Of a DNA stretch of 64,000 nt, positions 45,958 through 54,747 are shown one piece after another. Origin of the DNA: Dehalococcoidia bacterium. Lineage in GTDB: Bacteria; Chloroflexota; Dehalococcoidia; Lucifugimonadales; UBA3495. Position numbers and translations under genes: made by a program. Under the pieces are notes generated by a model. It was not told the DNA's origin. It saw only the letters and a program-made list of their open reading frames with translations, and did not search any database. Position 1 is the stretch's first letter; each line of letters begins with the position of its first letter. The stretch spans positions 800,247-864,246 of the forward strand of contig OZ242309.1 in the NCBI GenBank assembly GCA_965208015.1, in the 5' to 3' direction.

Positions 45958-47283
45958 ATGTTTGACAATCTGACCGATCGATTGACCGGAATTTTCAGCC
46001 GTTTGCAGGGCAAGGGCCGGCTGACGGAAAAGGACATCGATGATGCGCTGGGACAGGTGCGCCGGTCCTTGCTCGAGGCCGACGTCAACTTCCGCGTCGC
46101 CCGGGAGTTCGTGGCCACGGTCAAGGAGCGCGCGCTGGCCGGCGAGGTTTTGGAGAGCCTTTCCCCGGGTCAACAGGTGGTCAAGATCGTCCATGAGGAA
46201 TTGACCGCCGTCCTCAGCGCCGGCGACCACCGGCTCACCCCAGCCAGCCAGTTGCCGTCGGTGCTGATGCTCGTCGGGTTGCAGGGGTCCGGCAAGACCA
46301 CCACCGCCGCGAAGCTGGCGTTGCAGATGAAGCGGCAGCAACACAGCCCGATGCTCATCGCCGCCGACCTTCGCCGCCCTGCGGCCATCGCCCAATTGCA
46401 GTCGTTGGGGAAGCAGCTGGACATCCCGGTATATTCGGAGGAGCCGGGCACCGCCACCCCGGCCAGTGTAGCCGCCGCCGGCGTCAAAAGGGCAACCGAG
46501 TTGGCGTTGACGTGGGCCATTGTCGACACCGGTGGGCGCCTGCACATCGACGACGAGTTGATGACCGAGTTGGAAGAGGTCAAGCAGGCGGTTTCGCCCT
46601 ACCAGACCATCCTCGTCGTCGATGCCATGACCGGCCAGGATGCGGTCAATGCAGCGGAAGAGTTTCATAAGCGCGTGGGACTTGACGGGTTGATCCTGTC
46701 CAAGATGGACGGTGACGCCCGCGGCGGCGCGGCGCTGTCGGTCACCCGCGTAACCGGCGTCCCCATCAAGTTCATCGGCACCGGCGAACGCAGCGACGCC
46801 CTGGAGCAGTTCCACCCGGACCGCATGGCCTCCCGCATCCTGGCCATGGGCGACGTGCTGACTCTGATCGAGCGGGCCCAGGAAGCGGTGGACGAGGAGA
46901 AAGCCCGGGAACTGGAACGCAAGATGCGCACGGCATCTTTTACGCTGGACGATTTTCTCGACCAGATCCAGGGCGTGAAAAAGATGGGCGGTTTGGCTTC
47001 CGTAATGGAAATGATGCCCGGATTGGGCCGTCAATCCAAGAAGATGCAGGGCCAGCTGGACGAATCGGAGCTCAAGAAAACCGAGGCCATCATCCGCTCA
47101 ATGACGCTGGAAGAACGGGAAAAGCCGGAGATCATCAAGGCCAGCCGCCGCCGCCGCATAGCGTTGGGCAGCGGCACGAACCCCTCGGACGTGAACCGGG
47201 TGCTCAACCAGTTCAAGCAAACCCAGCGGCTGATGCGCCAGTTCTCCAACAACCCCAAGGGGTTGATGCGGATGCTGCGCTGA
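45958..47283 (+). CDS. ffh: signal recognition particle protein
   Basis: MFDNLTDRLTGIFSRL, GLQGSGKTTTAAKLA, DTGGRL and a Met-rich M domain. Confidence 0.95.
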   Translation: MFDNLTDRLTGIFSRLQGKGRLTEKDIDDALGQVRRSLLEADVNFRVAREFVATVKERALAGEVLESLSPGQQVVKIVHEELTAVLSAGDHRLTPASQLPSVLMLVGLQGSGKTTTAAKLALQMKRQQHSPMLIAADLRRPAAIAQLQSLGKQLDIPVYSEEPGTATPASVAAAGVKRATELALTWAIVDTGGRLHIDDELMTELEEVKQAVSPYQTILVVDAMTGQDAVNAAEEFHKRVGLDGLILSKMDGDARGGAALSVTRVTGVPIKFIGTGERSDALEQFHPDRMASRILAMGDVLTLIERAQEAVDEEKARELERKMRTASFTLDDFLDQIQGVKKMGGLASVMEMMPGLGRQSKKMQGQLDESELKKTEAIIRSMTLEEREKPEIIKASRRRRIALGSGTNPSDVNRVLNQFKQTQRLMRQFSNNPKGLMRMLR

Positions 47284-47306
47284 CCGACTGCCCTCCGAGT
47301 TAATCA

Positions 47307-47382
47307 GTCATTCCCGCGAAAGCAGGAATCCAGAGGCTCGTGCGAATGAAGCGTCCTGGATTCCCGCGTGCGCGGGAATGAC
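47307..47382. repeat. pair of inverted REP-like palindromic units between convergent genes
   Basis: GTCATTCCCGCGAAAGCAGGAATCCAG and, in reverse complement, GTCATTCCCGCGCACGCGGGAATCCAG. Outer 12-bp arms 47307..47318 / 47371..47382 and inner arms GGAATCCAG / CTGGATTCC. Confidence 0.7.
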
Positions 47383-47384
47383 GA

Positions 47385-48317
47385 TTAGGAACCGGCAACC
47401 CGCCCGGAACGCAGCGCCGCGAACAGGTACGACGTAGCGTAAGACCTCCACGGAGACCAGCGTTCGGAAAATTCCAGCAGTTGGCCGTCGTCGATCTCCA
47501 CGCCATCGAAGTACAGGCTGCTGACCGTCTTGCGCAGCGCCAGGTCACCGACCGGGAACCCGTCAGGGCGGGCCAAAGCGCGGACCAAAACCCACTGCGC
47601 GGTCCACTGCCCGACCCCCCGCATGGCCACCATCCGCTTCACCACCTCGCCGTCCTCCAGGTCGTGCATGCCGTCCAGGTTGTTACCCGAATCCAGCGCG
47701 GCCCGGGCGATTCCCTGGATGTACTCCGCCTTGCGGTAGCTCAGCTTGAGTTGGCGCAAGTCATCCACTTCCGCAGTGGCCAGGGATTCGGCGCGAGGGA
47801 AGGCATACCATTCGCGGTCGATGATCGTCGCCCGGACACCGTAATTCTCGACTAGCAGACTGCGGATTATCCGGGAAACGTTGGTTGCAATCTGCTGACC
47901 CAATACCGCCTGAACCAGTGCCTCATAAACTGATGCGGTGCGCGTGTTGTGGTAGCCGTAGAAATCTCCAACGACATCGGCTAGCACGGGATCTTCGGTC
48001 ACAGCATCGTAAAAGGGCCGCAAGTCCTGATCGCACCCGAGCAGCCAGGCGATTTGTTGCGCCGCACGATCAACGTCGGATTCAGTGAGGTCGTCTCCGG
48101 TCAGATCCACCGACAACTCCGGCTGATCCACCGTGCCCACAGAGCTGATCCTCGCGAGGACGGCCTTACCGCCCAGGTCTAGGAGCCGGATGTAGCAGCC
48201 ATCGACGTACTCCTCGGTTTTGAACGGCTGCTCCCGGGAATAATTGGGCTGCCCGGCGGTCAATTCAAAGTCGTAGGGCGGCACCGGACGCACGGTGGTG
48301 ACCAGGGTCGTTTCCAT
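47385..48317 (-). CDS. DNA-3-methyladenine glycosylase II-like (AlkA-type HhH-GPD)
   Basis: AlkA-like N-terminal domain plus HhH-GPD region (MRGVGQWTAQWVLVRAL...FPVGDLALRK). Confidence 0.8.
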   Translation of the reverse strand: METTLVTTVRPVPPYDFELTAGQPNYSREQPFKTEEYVDGCYIRLLDLGGKAVLARISSVGTVDQPELSVDLTGDDLTESDVDRAAQQIAWLLGCDQDLRPFYDAVTEDPVLADVVGDFYGYHNTRTASVYEALVQAVLGQQIATNVSRIIRSLLVENYGVRATIIDREWYAFPRAESLATAEVDDLRQLKLSYRKAEYIQGIARAALDSGNNLDGMHDLEDGEVVKRMVAMRGVGQWTAQWVLVRALARPDGFPVGDLALRKTVSSLYFDGVEIDDGQLLEFSERWSPWRSYATSYLFAALRSGRVAGS

Positions 48318-48904
48318 CAGATTCGCACCTCGCCAAGATTGGAATACCGAGCGCCGCGGGGCGTCAGCACGCTCCGGTACAACCGAACGGTGTCGGGACG
48401 CCAGCCGCGAGTGGCCGGGAGCCTGGCCCCGGCTACGGCATCGGATATCGCCTGTCGCTGCCTTGCGTTGACTCGATCACGGACCCGGCCCAGGGTCAAG
48501 TGGGGCCGGAAGGGGCGGCGATCCATTGGCCAGCCCAAACCGGAGACCGCTCGCTCGGCTCGCTGGTGCAAGTCTTCCAAGCCTTCCGCGCCGCCGGATA
48601 CCCCAGCCCAGATCACCCGTGGGTTCCGGCCCGCGGGGAAGGTTCCCAGAACCGATAACGACAGCACCGGGGAGCTGGCATGAGAAAAATTCTCGGCTAT
48701 GGCGTCTATTATTCGAGGCGCCACACCGGAGTCCGTGGCGCCGAGGAATTTCAAGGTCAGATGTATCCCATCCGGAGAAACCCAACGCACGCCGTGGGGC
48801 AGTGCCCGGCTCAAATCCGCAATCGTTTCGCCAAGCTGCCCGACCCACTCCTCGGGCAACGGAAGCGCGATGAAGGTGCGGAGGGTTTCCGAGCCGGTGG
48901 TCAC
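48317..48904 (-). CDS. thpR: RNA 2',3'-cyclic phosphodiesterase (2H family)
   Basis: Two HxTx motifs (HLTLKFLG and HLTLGRV). GTG start overlaps the upstream stop (GTGA). Its own stop overlaps the next ATG by 1 nt. Confidence 0.8.
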   Translation of the reverse strand: MTTGSETLRTFIALPLPEEWVGQLGETIADLSRALPHGVRWVSPDGIHLTLKFLGATDSGVAPRIIDAIAENFSHASSPVLSLSVLGTFPAGRNPRVIWAGVSGGAEGLEDLHQRAERAVSGLGWPMDRRPFRPHLTLGRVRDRVNARQRQAISDAVAGARLPATRGWRPDTVRLYRSVLTPRGARYSNLGEVRI

Positions 48905-50286
48905 GACTTCAACTCAATTCGCCAGCGGTTCAGTTCCCGATACCACGCTGCCAGATCATCGAGAGAATAACGTGCGTTGGCCGGGCTGGGATTGGGCAGA
49001 ACGAACACGTGGCTGGGGCCGATTTTCAGATCCTGCCTGCCCAGTTCGATGTTCCCAGCGGTTTTGATCCCCTCCCCGTGGCGAAGGTAGGCACGATAGG
49101 CGGTGAGCCCGTGGAAACAGGCAATGCGGGGCGAATTGCACAGCAGCTTTTCTCGCAGAGCCGGCGCGTCCCGGCGGTAATCGGCAGACGCAAGGCCCGA
49201 TGCCTGGCTGGTGGGGCGCTTCACCACATCGGTGAAACCAATTCCGTGTGCCAGCAACGCGGCGTCGTCTTCCGGGCCTACAGGACGGCCCACAAGGTTG
49301 GCGGCGGACACAGCCCTCCAAAACCGGTTGCGCGGGTTGGCAAAGTAATGGCCGGCCTCCACCGAGCGGGTCGAAGGGTTCAGACCGATCAGGACGATGT
49401 CCAGGCCGGGCCTGAGATAGTCGGGCAGGGTTTCCATGGATGCACAGCCGGCATTCACCAAGAACGACGCGTTGCCTCCCATTATGGCGTCAAGATCGCG
49501 CTGTGGCAGGCCGGCAGACCGGACATAATCGATTACTCGGCGATGGGCAAGCAGCGGGTAATCCGTTCCAAAAAGGATCCGGTCGGGTCCGGCGGTCATG
49601 GCAGTCGCGGCGATCGCTGACGGCCGATACAGAAAGGGAAGCGCGGCGGTATCGTACCAAACATTGCTCAGGGCGTCAGCAATCTCCGGCATGGCGGCAT
49701 AGAAGGGCAGCCCGCCGCCCAGATGGGCGAACACCGTTCGATTTTCCGGGAAGTTAGCCGCAAATCGCAGTAGATCAGGGGGCGTGGTAGAACCTTTGCC
49801 CGGATACTGGTGCCCCACAGGTTCCGATGCGTGAACCACTATGGGCGCGTCGTGGGAGCGGAGCAGCGCCATCAACGGCTCCATCACCGCGGCGTTGGCT
49901 ATGTCAAACCCCTGGGTGTCGGCGTGGATTTCGCCAATGCCGGAAGCCCCGGCATCCAGGCACCGCGACGCCTCGTCCGCTGCTGCGTCGCCCCAAGCCG
50001 GATTTACGGATGCGAAGGCAGTTATCCGATCAGGATGAGACGCAGCCGACCGTATCAGGTAGTTGTTGACCTCCGTGGCTACGTCCGGATCGGTCCAGCC
50101 AAAGCCCATGGCAACTGCGTGATCGACCCTCGCCGCATCCATGTCCCTGAGCAGCCTGTCCACATCGGCGAACCGGCCGCCAGGCTCCGGAAACAGTGCG
50201 GCATACGTGGCGTCCCGTGCAGCCAGTTCATCGTGTCGGGGGCCGAAATCGGGAGGCAGAATATGGCAGTGGCTATCGATGATCAT
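48901..50286 (-). CDS. fusion of amidohydrolase-2 (PF04909-like) domain and Mug/TDG-family mismatch uracil-DNA glycosylase domain
   Basis: N-terminal ~285 aa: MIIDSHCHILPP...GTDYP. C-terminal ~170 aa is collinear with E. coli Mug as recalled (GLNPS, NRFW, FTDVVKRPT, VLPNPSPAN). No stop between the two parts. Confidence 0.75.
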   Translation of the reverse strand: MIIDSHCHILPPDFGPRHDELAARDATYAALFPEPGGRFADVDRLLRDMDAARVDHAVAMGFGWTDPDVATEVNNYLIRSAASHPDRITAFASVNPAWGDAAADEASRCLDAGASGIGEIHADTQGFDIANAAVMEPLMALLRSHDAPIVVHASEPVGHQYPGKGSTTPPDLLRFAANFPENRTVFAHLGGGLPFYAAMPEIADALSNVWYDTAALPFLYRPSAIAATAMTAGPDRILFGTDYPLLAHRRVIDYVRSAGLPQRDLDAIMGGNASFLVNAGCASMETLPDYLRPGLDIVLIGLNPSTRSVEAGHYFANPRNRFWRAVSAANLVGRPVGPEDDAALLAHGIGFTDVVKRPTSQASGLASADYRRDAPALREKLLCNSPRIACFHGLTAYRAYLRHGEGIKTAGNIELGRQDLKIGPSHVFVLPNPSPANARYSLDDLAAWYRELNRWRIELKS

Positions 50287-50377
50287 CAGCGGGAGTATTA
50301 CCGTGCGTTGGATCGCGATTCACCAAATCAGTATAGCCCACTGGCGGGCGCGAGCCGGCCGTAACATTCATCTGATG

Positions 50378-50449
50378 CCGCTCATCCTGAGATTGTCGAA
50401 GGACGTTCATTGCCATCGACGGATGGTTCGACAGGCTCGCCATGAGCGG
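50378..50449. repeat. REP/MITE-like palindromic element of a second type
   Basis: CCGCTCATCCTGAG...CGAAGGACG...GGTTCGACAGGCTCGCCATGAGCGG with terminal arms CCGCTCAT / ATGAGCGG. It translates to ILRLSKD / VRQARHER-type peptides seen in the spurious ORF 50141..50497. Confidence 0.6.
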
Positions 50450-50524
50450 GTGAAAGGGGACTTCGGAAAGGCCCTGGCCTTCGAGCAGAACTTATAGACA
50501 GGGTTTCGGGCCGGGAATATAATC

Positions 50525-51394
50525 TTGTCGGCTCGCATTATTACCCTTTTGTATATCGCAGGTGGCGTTTTGGCAGCAGTCGACCAACCCCTACAGACCG
50601 TTGAGGAAATGCGGGCAACGTCCCTGCAATTGCGGCGCGACAGCCTGGAGATGATTTATGGCGCCGGCAGCGGACATCCCGGCGGTTCATTGTCGGAGAT
50701 CGACATCCTGGTCGCCCTCTATTTCGGGATAATGCGCTACGACGCCGGGGACCCGACCTGGCCGGAACGGGACCGGTTCATCCTCAGCAAGGGCCACGCC
50801 TCGCCGGGATTTTACGCGACGCTTTCGATGGCCGGATACTTCGGCCGAGAGGAGCTTTCGTCCTATCGGAAAACCGACGGCTTGCTGCAGGGCCACGCTC
50901 ACCCCATGACGCCGGGCGTCGAAATGAACTCCGGTTCGCTCGGGATGGGATTGTCCTTCGCCCTGGGTCACGCTTTGGCGGCCCGGCTTGACGGGAAAGA
51001 CTACCGAGTGTTTGCGTTGCTGGGGGACGGCGAATGCCAGGAGGGCGAAGTGTGGGAAGCCGCGATGTCCGCGGCGCACCACCGGGCCACCAACCTGACC
51101 GCCATCGTCGACCGCAATCGCATCCAGAACGACCGGTTCACCGATGAGGTGATGACTCTGGAACCCCTGGCGGACCGCTGGCGCGATTTCGGCTGGAACG
51201 TCATAACGTGCGACGGTCACGAACACGCCGAGGTGTTGCGGGCTCTGGAAGCCGCGTCGGAGGGCGGGCCGACGGCGATCATCGCTAACACCGTAAAGGG
51301 AAAAGGCGTCAGCTTCATGGAGAACAACCCCGCTTTCCACGGGCGCGCGCCCAACGCCGAAGAGTACGAAGCAGCGCTCAAGGAGCTGGCCTGA
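50525..51394 (+). CDS. transketolase, N-terminal (TPP-binding) subunit
   Basis: GSGHPGGSLS, GDGECQEGEVWEA. The start is uncertain (TTG 50525, TTG 50570 or ATG 50609). Confidence 0.85.
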   Translation: MSARIITLLYIAGGVLAAVDQPLQTVEEMRATSLQLRRDSLEMIYGAGSGHPGGSLSEIDILVALYFGIMRYDAGDPTWPERDRFILSKGHASPGFYATLSMAGYFGREELSSYRKTDGLLQGHAHPMTPGVEMNSGSLGMGLSFALGHALAARLDGKDYRVFALLGDGECQEGEVWEAAMSAAHHRATNLTAIVDRNRIQNDRFTDEVMTLEPLADRWRDFGWNVITCDGHEHAEVLRALEAASEGGPTAIIANTVKGKGVSFMENNPAFHGRAPNAEEYEAALKELA

Positions 51395-52341
51395 TGGCGA
51401 CACAACGGGCATCCGCGGCCACGCGGGAAACCTACGGCCGGACCCTGCTGACCATGGCCGACGACCACCCGGACATCGTTGTCCTGGGCGGTGACCTGAA
51501 CGTATCGACGTTCGTGCACCTTTGGCGGGACCAGTATCCGGAGCGGTTCTTCGATTTCGGCCCAGCCGAGCAGAACATTGTCGGTGTCGCCGCTGGGTTG
51601 GCCGCCGCGGGTAAGGTGCCCTTCGTCAGCACGTTCAGCGTCTTCGGGACCGGCCGGCCTTACGACCAGTTGCGGGTGCTGGTATCTCAGCCATCACTTA
51701 ACGTCAAGCTGGTCTGCACCCACGCCGGAATCCTCACCGGCGAGGATGGAATGTCGGCCCACGGGATCGAAGACCTGTCGCTGATGTGCGCGTTGCCGTC
51801 GTTCACGGTGATTACGCCGGCCGACGCCCCCGAAACCGAGCAGGCCGTGAGGGCCGTAGCCAGCACGCAGGGGCCGGTTTACGTCCGGCTGCCCCGGGCG
51901 GCGACGCAGATCGTGCACGACAACGGCTACCAGTTCGAAATCGGCGCCGCGGACGTGATGAAGTCCGGCGGTGACGTGTCCATCATCGCTATGGGGTCGC
52001 TGGTGGCGCCGGCGCTGGACGCCGCCGATAGCCTGGCCGGACAGGGGATCGACGCGCGGGTGGTTAACCTGCACACGTTAGCCCCGGCCGATGAAGCGGC
52101 AATCGTTGCCGCGGCGCAAGAGACGGGCGCAATAGTGACCGCCGAAGAGCACTACGTACACGGCGGGCTGGGCAGCGTAGTCGCCGGAGTGCTGGCCCGA
52201 AACTGTCCTGTACCGGTGGAGATGGTCGCGCTGCACGGGTACACCAGCTCCGGCCCGGCCAACGAGCTGATGGAGAAGAATGGGCTGACCGCGTCAGGCG
52301 TAGAAGCCGCCCTCCATCGAGTTCTGAAGCGAAAGGGCTAG
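51394..52341 (+). CDS. transketolase, C-terminal (pyrimidine-binding) subunit
   Basis: FDFGPAEQNIVGVAAGLA, FSVF and TGEDGMSAHGIEDL. ATGA overlap with the N-terminal subunit. Confidence 0.9.
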   Translation: MATQRASAATRETYGRTLLTMADDHPDIVVLGGDLNVSTFVHLWRDQYPERFFDFGPAEQNIVGVAAGLAAAGKVPFVSTFSVFGTGRPYDQLRVLVSQPSLNVKLVCTHAGILTGEDGMSAHGIEDLSLMCALPSFTVITPADAPETEQAVRAVASTQGPVYVRLPRAATQIVHDNGYQFEIGAADVMKSGGDVSIIAMGSLVAPALDAADSLAGQGIDARVVNLHTLAPADEAAIVAAAQETGAIVTAEEHYVHGGLGSVVAGVLARNCPVPVEMVALHGYTSSGPANELMEKNGLTASGVEAALHRVLKRKG

Positions 52342-52583
52342 GTTGAACCGTCTCGCCGATAACCGGCTGACGATTGATCACATGGAGCAGGATCCGGTCG
52401 GGCTTTGCTCCGCCGTTTCCGGCGCACCCACGGGGCTGGGCGACGCGAAAAGCTGCCGCCCAGACGCTCAACACAGACCCTTGCCCAGTTAGTCTTGCGA
52501 CCCGGACGGCAGCGGCAAACCTGCTGCCGGCGTTACGTAGTGCGCCCGGATCGATCCGCAGCTAGGACGAAAGGTGTGTGCGC

Positions 52584-52907
52584 ATGGGCCCCGTGATCGT
52601 CTTCGCGCTCGTTGGGTTGTCGGTGTACGCTGTGTTGGTTGCGGCGATCCTCAAACGAGGACGAGAGGGCAGGCTACAAACCTCCACGAACCTGCTGATT
52701 TTCGGCGGCTTCTGTCTGGTCTTGGTGGGGGGGTGCTTGATAGCGTCGGCCATTGGGCCATTCCGGGTCTCCACGGATGGGTCGCAGGAATTGGGCTTCG
52801 CGGTAGTGGTCATCGGTTTGCTTGGTGGCGGGGCGTGTATTGTTATCGGCGCCGTCACGGCGCTTGCTGGCGTAGTTTTGAAACTTTTTCCTGATCGAGA
52901 AAGATGA
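52584..52907 (+). CDS. small integral membrane protein (3 predicted TM segments)
   Basis: Three hydrophobic stretches (VIVFALVGLSVYAVLVAAIL, LLIFGGFCLVLVGGCLIASAI, FAVVVIGLLGGGACIVIGAV). AGGTG lies 7 nt before ATG 52584. Confidence 0.45.
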   Translation: MGPVIVFALVGLSVYAVLVAAILKRGREGRLQTSTNLLIFGGFCLVLVGGCLIASAIGPFRVSTDGSQELGFAVVVIGLLGGGACIVIGAVTALAGVVLKLFPDRER

Positions 52908-53079
52908 CCGGCCGTCGCGGACGATAATCGGAAAACGGATGCCCGTACTTACTGGGCACGGAGCGCCGAATTGCGTCAGATGGTCCGTTGCCCCAGCCCC
53001 GAGCAGACATCAGCCGCATTGTCGGAGGGAATGCCAGCGATGCGGTGAAGGGCACCGTGGACGAAATTCGGCGGGCCGG

Positions 53080-53430
53080 TCAGGTTCCCGGCCCGGGTGG
53101 CGACAGCGGGCCATGCCCCCGGCCATTGCCGTTGCCGCCGGGGTAATCGTCGTAGCCGGCGTTGCTGAAAACTCGAATTTCGTTGCCCTGGAAGACGTGA
53201 AAGTGGTGGGTATCACGCTCGGTGCCCACGGTGTTCAGCATATCGGCGTCGATATCGGAGAGGATTTCCTCAATCTGCTCCGGGGTCACGCTGGGGGTGA
53301 CGGCTACGGCAACATGGGCCAGGCCGGGCATGAAGTGGGTGTCAATGCGGCCCACCGGCTGCTCCCCGTCAAGGATCAGGTATGCCTCGGAATGGGGAGT
53401 GCGGACTTCGCGCTCGTAATCGAAGGGCAT
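53080..53430 (-). CDS. hypothetical protein downstream of proA, Gly/Asn-rich tail
   Basis: Globular-looking 116-aa ORF starting 10 nt after the proA stop. The antisense ORF 52939..53472 is Arg/Gly-rich and rejected. Tail reads PGGNGNGRGHGP. Confidence 0.5.
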   Translation of the reverse strand: MPFDYEREVRTPHSEAYLILDGEQPVGRIDTHFMPGLAHVAVAVTPSVTPEQIEEILSDIDADMLNTVGTERDTHHFHVFQGNEIRVFSNAGYDDYPGGNGNGRGHGPLSPPGPGT

Positions 53431-53440
53431 CGCTCCGGCC

Positions 53441-54712
53441 TCACCCGCGAATCTGCCCGTTGCCGCGGATAATCCACTTGTAGGAGGTCAGTTCGCGGAG
53501 TCCCAATGGCCCGCGGGCGTGGAACTTGTCGGTGCTGATCCCTACCTCGGAACCGAAACCAAACTGGGCGCCGTCGGTGAAACGGGTGCTGGTATTGTGA
53601 TACACGGCGGCAGCGTCCACCTCGTTCAGGAACCGTTCAGCCGCTTCGCTGTCCTGGGTCACGATGGCTTCAGAATGGCCGGAGCCGTAGGTTTGGATGT
53701 GGTCCAGAGCATCGTCCAGGCTGTCCACCACCTTGACCGCAGCAATGAGCGCCAGGAATTCCCGGCCCCAGTCGTCCTCCTGGGCGGGAATGGTGTTCGG
53801 GCCGCTGTCCGGACCGAGAATGGTCAGCGCGCGATGATCGCAACGCATCTCGACGCCGGCTTCGTGCAGCTGGCCCGCAATTTTGGGCAGGCAGCGGCCG
53901 GCAACCTCGGAATGAACGAGAACGGTGTCCAGGGCATTGCACACCGTAGGCCGCTGGACCTTCGCGTTATAGATGATCCTGGCTGCCATCTCGGCGTCGG
54001 CGTCGCGGTCAACGTAAGTGTGGCAGACGCCGACCCCGCCGGTCAGCACGGGCATAGTCGCGTTTTCGGCCACAAAGTTGATCAATCCGGAGCCACCACG
54101 CGGCACCAGCAGGTTGATCTCGTCTTTCATCTGGAGCATGACGTCTACCAGGGACCGGTCGGTGTCGCCGACGAACTGGACCGCATCGGTGGAGAGGCCG
54201 GCCTCGCCGATGGCCCGGTGAACTAGGTCAACCAGCGCTGAGTTGGATCGAAGGGTCTCCTTGCCGCCACGCAAAAGGCAGGCGTTACCCGACTTGAGCG
54301 CTAGCGCGACGATGTCGGTGGTGACGTTCGGCCGGCTCTCGTAGATGCTGGCGATAACTCCCAGCGGGATGCGGCGCTTCTGGACGTCTAGGCCGTTTTC
54401 CAGGGTGAAGCCCTCGATCAGTTCTCCCACCGGATCCTCAAGAGAGGCGACCCGGCGAACGTCGGCCGCCATATCGTTCAGCCGATCCGAGGTGAGGAGG
54501 AGCCGATCCAGGAAAGCCGCGTCGATACCGTCGGCCTCCGCGTCACGGTAGTCCGCCTCGTTGGCAGCCAGTACCGGACCCTGCTCGTTCTCCAGCGCCC
54601 GGGCGATGTTCTCCAGGGCATGGTTGCGGATTTCGGTGGGCATGCGGGCCAGCACGGCGGAGGCGGCCTGGGCGGCCACGCCCTGCTTGCGGAGGCGGTC
54701 GACGGCATTCAT
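53441..54712 (-). CDS. proA: glutamate-5-semialdehyde dehydrogenase
   Basis: Full-length collinearity with ProA, including the catalytic Cys region VCNALDTVLVH. Confidence 0.95.
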   Translation of the reverse strand: MNAVDRLRKQGVAAQAASAVLARMPTEIRNHALENIARALENEQGPVLAANEADYRDAEADGIDAAFLDRLLLTSDRLNDMAADVRRVASLEDPVGELIEGFTLENGLDVQKRRIPLGVIASIYESRPNVTTDIVALALKSGNACLLRGGKETLRSNSALVDLVHRAIGEAGLSTDAVQFVGDTDRSLVDVMLQMKDEINLLVPRGGSGLINFVAENATMPVLTGGVGVCHTYVDRDADAEMAARIIYNAKVQRPTVCNALDTVLVHSEVAGRCLPKIAGQLHEAGVEMRCDHRALTILGPDSGPNTIPAQEDDWGREFLALIAAVKVVDSLDDALDHIQTYGSGHSEAIVTQDSEAAERFLNEVDAAAVYHNTSTRFTDGAQFGFGSEVGISTDKFHARGPLGLRELTSYKWIIRGNGQIRG

Positions 54713-54747
54713 TTATGGTTTCTCCCGACGCGAGTTCGCGATTGCGA

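Noticed and set aside
52342-52577. Possible small RNA in the 236-nt gap after the transketolase genes
   Set aside because: It contains only two modest hairpins (CTGGGCG/CGCCCAG at 52436..52463 and CGGCAGC/GCTGCCG at 52507..52529). There is no match to SRP RNA, RNase P, tmRNA or 6S features I could recognise, so the hairpins are more simply 3'-end structures.
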